Under the pieces are notes generated by a model. The model was not told where the DNA came from. It was given only the letters and a program-made list of their open reading frames with translations, and ran no database searches. A DNA stretch of 13,402 nt from an uncultured Deinococcales bacterium (GTDB lineage Bacteria > Deinococcota > Deinococci > Deinococcales > JAAFIG01), in assembly GCA_964247135.1 (NCBI GenBank), contig CAXTTL010000134.1, positions 1 through 13,402 of the forward strand. Direction: 5' to 3'. The position numbers and the translations under genes are program-made. Shown piece by piece: positions 1 through 6,090 of the stretch (positions within the stretch are counted from its first letter, which is position 1; every line of letters begins with the position of its first letter).

Positions 1-415
1 CGGTGGTTGAGGCAATCAAGGTGTCAAACGGAGTACCGATTTGTTTTAGAAACGCCGTGATGGCTTGCAAGGTTGTTTCGTCGCTGGTCGCGGCAACCAC
101 CAACAACTTCAATTGGACTTTGGGGGCTGTGCCTGGCGCAAAGCGCGTGGAAACTCGAGTGTTGTGGAAGGCTTCAACCATCACTTTGCTGCCGGCTTGT
201 GCGGCATCTACGCTGCCAACTTCAACTTGTGGTGGCGGTTGGTTGCTGACCGATGGTAAGGGATGTTGGCTGGTCTTCGAGCTGCTTGGCACAAGACCGG
301 TGGTTTCGTCAATTGGGGTTTGATCCGTGGTTTGGCAACCAATCAACGCGGCACAAAGCAACCCGATGCCGAGCAGATATTTTAGTGATTTTGGTTGTGT
401 GAAAAACTTGTTCAT
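1..415 (-). CDS. Lipoprotein, N-terminal 138 aa only (runs off window); probable Agd3-like (CE18) polysaccharide deacetylase
   Basis: Not in the ORF track. ATG at 415 with AGAGG RBS about 7 nt upstream; frame open to the window edge: MNKFFTQPKSLKYLLGIGLLCAALIGC (lipobox LIGC, Cys27), Pro/Ser-rich linker, then KVQLKLLVVAATSDETTLQAITAFLKQIGTPFDTLIAST, resembling the N-terminal motif of bacterial Agd3-related proteins. The CDS is well supported; the family call is less certain. Confidence 0.7.
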   Translation of the reverse strand, partial: MNKFFTQPKSLKYLLGIGLLCAALIGCQTTDQTPIDETTGLVPSSSKTSQHPLPSVSNQPPPQVEVGSVDAAQAGSKVMVEAFHNTRVSTRFAPGTAPKVQLKLLVVAATSDETTLQAITAFLKQIGTPFDTLIASTT

Positions 416-501
416 GAATTGCCTCTTTCTTGTGGGTCACTTTCCTTGGTTATACCGACTTGCACTTTCTAAATTCTTACTTTCTGTTCATTTTTTAATT
501 T

Positions 502-1046
502 TTATTTGTCCAGTACGTTAATTTGCAATCTTGAATATTGAATGTGGCTTTTGCGAAATCCGAGCCATCCAACACCCAACATCAAAAACAGTCCTAGCGG
601 TGCTGCCAAAATCAGCAGCCATAGATTCGAATTTTGAATACTGTTGCCTCTGGTTGGTGGTAAAACAAACATCAGGGTGCTTTGGTTCAAAGGACGGGGT
701 AAGGTGGCGTCGATGTTGTACTCGAGGGCTTCGTTTGGAAAAGTGCGATCAATAAATTTGAAACTGTATGCCCCTGGGGGAATTGAAGGCTGGACAATTT
801 CTTAAATTCCGGCTTGCGTCTCATTAAACGGCAATTCTTTGGCACTGTTTTTTGTTTGACCAGCAGGAATCACTTTGCACCAGCGATTTTCAGTCCGGTG
901 CTGCTGCCGACGGCGTCCAGTTTGAAACCTTGTTGTACCGAATTGGGGAACGTCACCATCATGCGAACACTGTCAAGATGAGCCAAGGCGCGGGGGGCTG
1001 CCAAGATCAACAAAACGACGCTAAAGTATTTCAACCGTGACTGCAT
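502..1046 (-). pseudogene. Disrupted secreted protein with C-terminal membrane anchor (possible YtkA/FixH-like Ig fold)
   Basis: ATG 1046 with AAAGGGA RBS; signal peptide MQSRLKYFSVVLLILAAPRALA-H; this frame stops at TGA 872-870. A shifted frame continues KVIPAGQTKNSAKELPFNETQAGI*EIVQPSIPPGAYSFKFIDRTFPNEALEY (in-frame TAA at 804-802) into the track ORF 502-690 with TM segment LWLLILAAPLGLFLMLGVGWLGFRK. Confidence 0.7.
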
Positions 1047-1148
1047 TCACATCCCTTTCTTTGTTTTAGGGGTGTTCAGCAATCAGGTTGAACCTGTGCA
1101 GATCGCATCGACTTGAATGTTCCCCCAAACGGTTCAAGCGCTAGGGAG

Positions 1149-1174
1149 ATTGTACAAAGTTGCGTATTAATACG
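1149..1174 (-). promoter_or_regulatory. Candidate -10 box (TACAAT, 1154-1149) with adjacent perfect palindrome CGTATTAATACG (1163-1174)
   Basis: Near-consensus -10 about 100 nt upstream of the 1046 start; 12-bp perfect palindrome lies in the promoter spacer. Confidence 0.35.
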
Positions 1175-1283
1175 GCGTTAAGTTAGATTTTGCCGTTCGT
1201 AAAAGCTTTTTTGATAAAGATATCAAAATATGATAACCTCTATCATTCTTTGTTTATTTTCATTTAACACTCACCGTTAAACC

Positions 1284-1302
1284 AATGTGAGCCTTTCACA
1301 TT
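1284..1302. promoter_or_regulatory. Inverted repeat AATGTGA-N5-TCACATT, candidate transcription factor operator
   Basis: Perfect 7-bp arms in the divergent intergenic region; CRP-like half sites, but spacer is 5 nt rather than 6. Confidence 0.4.
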
Positions 1303-1669
1303 TGACATTCTCATGAAGCCTTGACCTAAAACAATTGTGCTCGACGCATTCTATTGCAATGTTCAAAATGCTGCAAGGCTGTGAAGTAATGTATTAAGGA
1401 TGGACTAACCCGACTCTCACTTTATGCAATACTATATTTGGCTTTACCAATCGCATGTTGAAGCAATTTAGGAAATTGAGAATGACATGTAATCGTTAAA
1501 GATTTTAAAACCAAAGCTTTAAACTACCAGTCTTGACACTCAATTTCTTCCGTGTCAGAAACCGCCTCAGGCACTTATTTGACTTTCTAAGTTAGACTTC
1601 CCAAACAAGTCTTCTGACCAAGCAGGCAAACGCCAGACCATAAGTGTCAACCCACGAGGAGAGTGAATC

Positions 1670-3547
1670 TTGAGCACCCAAACCAATCAAACTTTGAAGT
1701 TGCCACTTTGGGGAACGGCGCAACTCGAGTTTGAAAATCAAGCGGTTCCAATCCGAAAAAAAAGTTTAGCCATTTTGTATTATCTTGCCCTCGAGGGGGC
1801 GACCAACCGTGACACCTTAGCCGACCTGATTTGGGATCGTTTGGATGCGACCTCAAATTTGAGGGTCGAATTGCATGACCTTCGCCTCAAATTGCAACCG
1901 CTGGGCATTCAAGCCTTTCCGCGCGGACAAAACCCCCTGAAATTGCCCGACGGCATTGTTCTTGAGCCAGCAAAACGCACCACGGAATCGCGCAACACCA
2001 GCGTTCAACCGATGGAAGGTTTGGAACGCGGTTTGGATCAAATTTCGACTGCCTTTGAACAGTGGCTTGCCGCCCGCCGACGCAGCTTGATCGATCCGGT
2101 TCAAGCCACCTGGGGACGTGAGAAACTGATTGCAACCCTGGCGGCTCAAGTTCAAAATGCCAGCGTTTTGGTCTTGAGCGGCTTGCCAGGATTTGACACG
2201 ACAAACGTGGTCAGGGAATTGGCGCGAAGCCTCAACCTGAGTTTTGTTGAGGGGCTGACGGGTCCTGCCAAATCATTAAAATTTCTCAAACAGCCCTTTG
2301 CCCAAAATGCGCTCGAGAATATTGTCGATCACACCGAAGGCGTGGTGGTGGTGTCGCTCAGCACTTTCGGAGAATTGCCACGATTGATTCTGGAACTCGA
2401 GGAACGTCTGGGTGATTCACGACTGATTTATTTTGACCTCAAACCGCTCTCGTGGGTTGACGCCCGAAGCGGACCGCTGGCAAAAATCAGTTTTTCGCAG
2501 GCGGCACAATATTATCTTGAAACCCAGGGCAATCCCACGCATTTGCAACACCTTTTGGCTGGCACGCAAAACAAGGTTCAAGGGCAGCAGCCTTACAGCA
2601 AAATCGCCTCCAAAATTCAACTCGAAGCCCGCGACCTTGGTCATCAAGCGCGACTGGCACTCGAGCGGCTGAGTATTCAACCAGGTTCGATTCCAGACGG
2701 GCTGATTCAAGCCCTGGTTGCAGAACCCTATTTGGACGAACTCGAGCGCAGCGGTTGGCTGCGCTTTTCGGATGCCTGGTACATCAGTTACGAAAGCGTC
2801 AGGCGACTGATTTACACCTCGAACAAACCTGGCTTTCGGGTGCGCACCCACCAACGCGCCGCACGCTATTTTGAGGGCATCAACGAACCGCTGCAAGCCG
2901 CTTTTCACCGTTCTGGTGCGCTCGAACCGACCGATTGGGAAGAATTAATCGAGTTTTCAGACCCAGTGCAACGCCTTGCGCTCGAGTACTGGTTGAGCAA
3001 AGAACTTCATCGCAACACCAGAAATACGAACGCTCCCAAAAAACCCAAAACCTTGCAAAAATCGATTGATTTAAAGCGCGAACTGCCGGTGCTCGAAAAT
3101 GACCGTTTCGGCACTGGTTTAGAATTTGAAGACAGCGCCATGCGTTTCGTGCGTGCCAGTATGCAGCCCGAACCAGCCGGCATGGAATTCCACGCCTTTG
3201 ACCATGACGTGGTGATTTGCGCTCGAGGTCAAGCCTTTAGCGAGCACTTGTTCGGTATGGGTTTAAGCGGTCAAGCCGTTCCGCTCGAGTTTGGACTCTC
3301 TGGCGGGCGACCAAGGTTGATCCTTTTGGACATCAACGCCCCCAGCATGGTGGGTGACATCACGGTGCTGCCTCTCGAGGAACGATTCGAGCATTGGATT
3401 TATATTCCGTCCGGCACAGGTTTTTACGTCCATTCACGGCTTGAAAACGGTATCGTTGACCTGGAACTTCATGCCTATATGGTCATTGAAAACCATTCAG
3501 CCAACGCGCTCGAGGTCGAAAGTTACCCACTTGGCTCAGAGAATTGA
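1670..3547 (+). CDS. SARP/AfsR-like transcriptional regulator (N-terminal winged HTH, degenerate NTPase region, unknown C-terminal domain), 625 aa
   Basis: TTG start with AGGAG RBS at 1657-1661. N-terminus LWGTAQLE...RKKSLAILYYLALEGATNRDTLADLIW...SNLRVELHDLR and FEQWLAARR are typical of SARP/BTAD regulators; VLVLSGLPGFDTT occupies the Walker A position; LETQGNP resembles the STAND GxP motif. Confidence 0.8.
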   Translation: MSTQTNQTLKLPLWGTAQLEFENQAVPIRKKSLAILYYLALEGATNRDTLADLIWDRLDATSNLRVELHDLRLKLQPLGIQAFPRGQNPLKLPDGIVLEPAKRTTESRNTSVQPMEGLERGLDQISTAFEQWLAARRRSLIDPVQATWGREKLIATLAAQVQNASVLVLSGLPGFDTTNVVRELARSLNLSFVEGLTGPAKSLKFLKQPFAQNALENIVDHTEGVVVVSLSTFGELPRLILELEERLGDSRLIYFDLKPLSWVDARSGPLAKISFSQAAQYYLETQGNPTHLQHLLAGTQNKVQGQQPYSKIASKIQLEARDLGHQARLALERLSIQPGSIPDGLIQALVAEPYLDELERSGWLRFSDAWYISYESVRRLIYTSNKPGFRVRTHQRAARYFEGINEPLQAAFHRSGALEPTDWEELIEFSDPVQRLALEYWLSKELHRNTRNTNAPKKPKTLQKSIDLKRELPVLENDRFGTGLEFEDSAMRFVRASMQPEPAGMEFHAFDHDVVICARGQAFSEHLFGMGLSGQAVPLEFGLSGGRPRLILLDINAPSMVGDITVLPLEERFEHWIYIPSGTGFYVHSRLENGIVDLELHAYMVIENHSANALEVESYPLGSEN

Positions 3548-3765
3548 GAATCACAGTTCGGGTTTTTTACTGGGATTTGGGTTTAGAACCATGATAAAAA
3601 TGATGTTCTGATCGGGGTTGTTTTTCATTAATGCTCATCAAGTGTCTGTCGCATCTTGAATTGCAAACAATTAGAAGCATCAACTCCGAGGCGCTGCAAT
3701 CGATTTCATTAGGCTCATAATCTTTCCAAGGTTATCAGAATCGTAGACCCTAACATGCAGCCCGC

Positions 3766-6021
3766 ATGAATAAACTTTTCAGAACGAATAAATGGTTGCT
3801 CTTTGGTCTTGGCTTTTCTTCACTGGTTGCCTGTTCAACCCTTCCCGCACAAGAACAGATCGAAACGTTTACCCCAGATGAGCCAGCGTTATCGCTCAGG
3901 GCTGACCTTCCAGCCCTGAACTCATGGGCGATCCAATTGGATTCCTACACCAACCGTTTGGCAAACATCAAAGCCTCAGGGTTTCAAATGGCGGTGGTCG
4001 ATTACTCGAGCGACGGTGGCAGCTCGGGCAAATGGAGCAAGGCAGAAGTCACAGACGCCAAAAGCAACAAACAACTGCTCGCCTACGTCTCGGTCGGCGA
4101 GGCAGAAGATTTCAGGTACTATTGGTCGAGCAGCAATAAAATTGGCAGCCCAGCCTGGATCACCGCCGCCAGCCCCAACCATCCTGGACAATACCTGGTC
4201 GATTACTCGAGCAGCCTGTGGCAGGGGATTATCTTGGGTTACGTTGATAAGATCATCAACCAAGGATTTGATGGCGCCTACTTGGATACCGTCAATGCTT
4301 ACAACAGTTTGGGTGCAAGCGCCGCGTCAAAAACCCAAATGGTCAATTGGATTTGCAAAATCAGTCAATATGCCAAAGCCAAAAACCCAAGTTTTAAAAT
4401 CATGACCCAAAACGCTTCAGACCTGATCTGGGTGAACAACGGTGCGTTGGCTGCCTGTATCGATGCTACCGCCCAGGAATCGGTTTGGTTTAAAGCCACC
4501 GATGTTCGCACGCCCGACGCAAACCGAGTTCAACAACTTAAAGATACCGCCGAATACAAGCGTCTGGGTAAACCCGTCTTTGCGCTCGATTATGCCAAAA
4601 CAACCGTCAATATTGCCGAAGCCTACACCAAATCCAAAGCTAGCGGTCTGATTGAATATGTGACCGATGCAAATCTTAACGTCTTGCAGGTCAATGCAGG
4701 TTTTGATCCAGCGCCAGGAACGACCCCTACTCCAACACCGACTCCAACACCTACGCCGACTCCAACTCCGACTCCAACACCTACGCCGACACCCACCCCA
4801 AGCGCCGACCTGAGCTTTACCGCCAATGCCTCGCCAAACCCTGTGGTTGTCAATGCAAACTTGAGCTACACGTTTAACATTAAAAATGCCGGTCCAAGCG
4901 CCGCCACCAACCTCAAATTTACAGATAACCTACCCGCAAACGCCAAGTATGTCTCGAGCAACCCAAGCCAAGGGACATGCAGCGTCAATGGCAGCGTTCT
5001 GACTTGCGCTTTGGGTGGTCTGGCACTCAATACAAGTGCTCAAATCACAGTGGTTCTCAGCTCGAGCGTCGCCGGAACGCTGGTCAATACCGCCAACGTC
5101 AGCGCCACGGAAGCTGATCCTGTTGCCGGCAACAACTCCTCGAGCGTGACCACGACGGTTCAAGCGGCTCCAACCCCCACGCCTACACCGACGCCTACAC
5201 CGACGCCAACCCCGACGCCAACCCCGATTCCAACACCAACCCCGACACCAACACCAGCACCAGGCATTAAGCTTCCGCCAACGGGTAAAATCTCTTGGGA
5301 TTGGCAAATTGGTGCGAGTGGCGACAGCAATGTGACCGTGCCGGCAGGTGTAACGCTTCTGGATTTGGACGGGTTTAACATTTCTGCCGCCAAAGTCGCC
5401 AGCCTCAGGGCTGCTGGCGTCTATACCGTTTGCTACATTGACGCGGGCAGCTACGAAGATGGTCGTCCAGACTCGAGCCAATACCCAGCCTACTTAAAAA
5501 TTTACAAAGACGTGCAATGGAATGAATGGTTCTTGGACATCCGCGATGTCTTCAAGCCAAACAGCGTTCTGGCACAATTGCTCACCGCAAGGTTTCAAAT
5601 GTGCAAAGACAAAGGCTTCGATGCGCTCGAGCCTGACAACCTGCAAAACGACGAGAACACCGCAGGCTTGCTGACCAAACAAGAACAAATCGATTTCAAC
5701 GGCTGGGTGGCAGATACCGCTCACAAGGTTGGACTGGCAGTCTTTCAGAAAAATGGTCCCGATAACATTTTGTTAAAAGACCGTACCGGCAAAATGATGG
5801 TCGATAAATTCGATGGAATTCTGAACGAAGAATGCCAGCAGTACGGCGAATGCGGACCACTTGCGGAATACGTCAAGCGCGGCAAACTGGCGCTGAACAC
5901 GGAATACGCTGGAACTTTGGATTGTGCGCTCTCGAATTCGCTGGTGATGAACTCGATCTTGAAAGATTTGAGCTTGACGGGCGGTAACATGAGCGGCTAT
6001 AAACGACAAAGCTGCAACTAA
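3766..6021 (+). CDS. Lipoprotein with two endo-alpha-1,4-polygalactosaminidase-like domains (TM1410/MJ1477-PelA-like and GH114), a DUF11 domain and two Pro-Thr linkers, 751 aa
   Basis: Lipobox LVAC (Cys23). Domain 1 (~3913-4700): SWAIQL, VVDYSSDG, AYVSVGEAEDFRYYW, QGFDGAYLD. DUF11 (4801-5160): ADLSFT...LSYTFNIKNAGPSAAT...DPVAGNNSS. Domain 2 (~5287-6018): WDWQI, VCYIDAGSYEDGRPD, CKDKGFDALEPDN, QKNG, NEEC. Confidence 0.9.
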   Translation: MNKLFRTNKWLLFGLGFSSLVACSTLPAQEQIETFTPDEPALSLRADLPALNSWAIQLDSYTNRLANIKASGFQMAVVDYSSDGGSSGKWSKAEVTDAKSNKQLLAYVSVGEAEDFRYYWSSSNKIGSPAWITAASPNHPGQYLVDYSSSLWQGIILGYVDKIINQGFDGAYLDTVNAYNSLGASAASKTQMVNWICKISQYAKAKNPSFKIMTQNASDLIWVNNGALAACIDATAQESVWFKATDVRTPDANRVQQLKDTAEYKRLGKPVFALDYAKTTVNIAEAYTKSKASGLIEYVTDANLNVLQVNAGFDPAPGTTPTPTPTPTPTPTPTPTPTPTPTPTPSADLSFTANASPNPVVVNANLSYTFNIKNAGPSAATNLKFTDNLPANAKYVSSNPSQGTCSVNGSVLTCALGGLALNTSAQITVVLSSSVAGTLVNTANVSATEADPVAGNNSSSVTTTVQAAPTPTPTPTPTPTPTPTPTPIPTPTPTPTPAPGIKLPPTGKISWDWQIGASGDSNVTVPAGVTLLDLDGFNISAAKVASLRAAGVYTVCYIDAGSYEDGRPDSSQYPAYLKIYKDVQWNEWFLDIRDVFKPNSVLAQLLTARFQMCKDKGFDALEPDNLQNDENTAGLLTKQEQIDFNGWVADTAHKVGLAVFQKNGPDNILLKDRTGKMMVDKFDGILNEECQQYGECGPLAEYVKRGKLALNTEYAGTLDCALSNSLVMNSILKDLSLTGGNMSGYKRQSCN
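4720..4800 (+). repeat. Pro-Thr linker repeat 1, containing a 30-nt tandem duplication
   Basis: Encodes (TP)n; 4731-4760 and 4761-4790 differ at a single base. Confidence 0.95.
5170..5256 (+). repeat. Pro-Thr linker repeat 2 (12-nt sub-repeats)
   Basis: Encodes (PT)n with one PI; ACGCCTACACCG x2 followed by ACGCCAACCCCG x2. Confidence 0.95.
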
Positions 6022-6032
6022 ACCCTGCAAGC

Positions 6033-6069
6033 ATCGAGACTCGAGATTCAATCTCGAGTCTCGATTTTT
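6033..6069. terminator. Intrinsic terminator between convergent genes
   Basis: ATCGAGACTCGAGAT-TCA-ATCTCGAGTCTCGAT (6033-6065), 15-bp perfect stem followed by a T run, 11 nt after the 6021 stop. Confidence 0.85.
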
Positions 6070-6090
6070 AATTCTAAATTTGGGTGCTTT

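Noticed and set aside
790-850. Minus-strand GACGCAAGCCGG resembling a c-di-GMP-I riboswitch segment
   Set aside because: No GGCAAAC/GAAA tetraloop stem; the sequence is explained by the pseudogene reading frame.
3-1040. Plus-strand ORFs 3-323, 65-259, 327-521, 531-755 and 852-1040
   Set aside because: Antisense shadows of the minus-strand lipoprotein and pseudogene; no RBS or recognisable motifs.
1647-6051. Alternative-frame and antisense ORFs inside the regulator and hydrolase, including poly-(GV) ORFs
   Set aside because: Fully overlap well-supported genes; GV repeats are the reverse complement of PT linkers.
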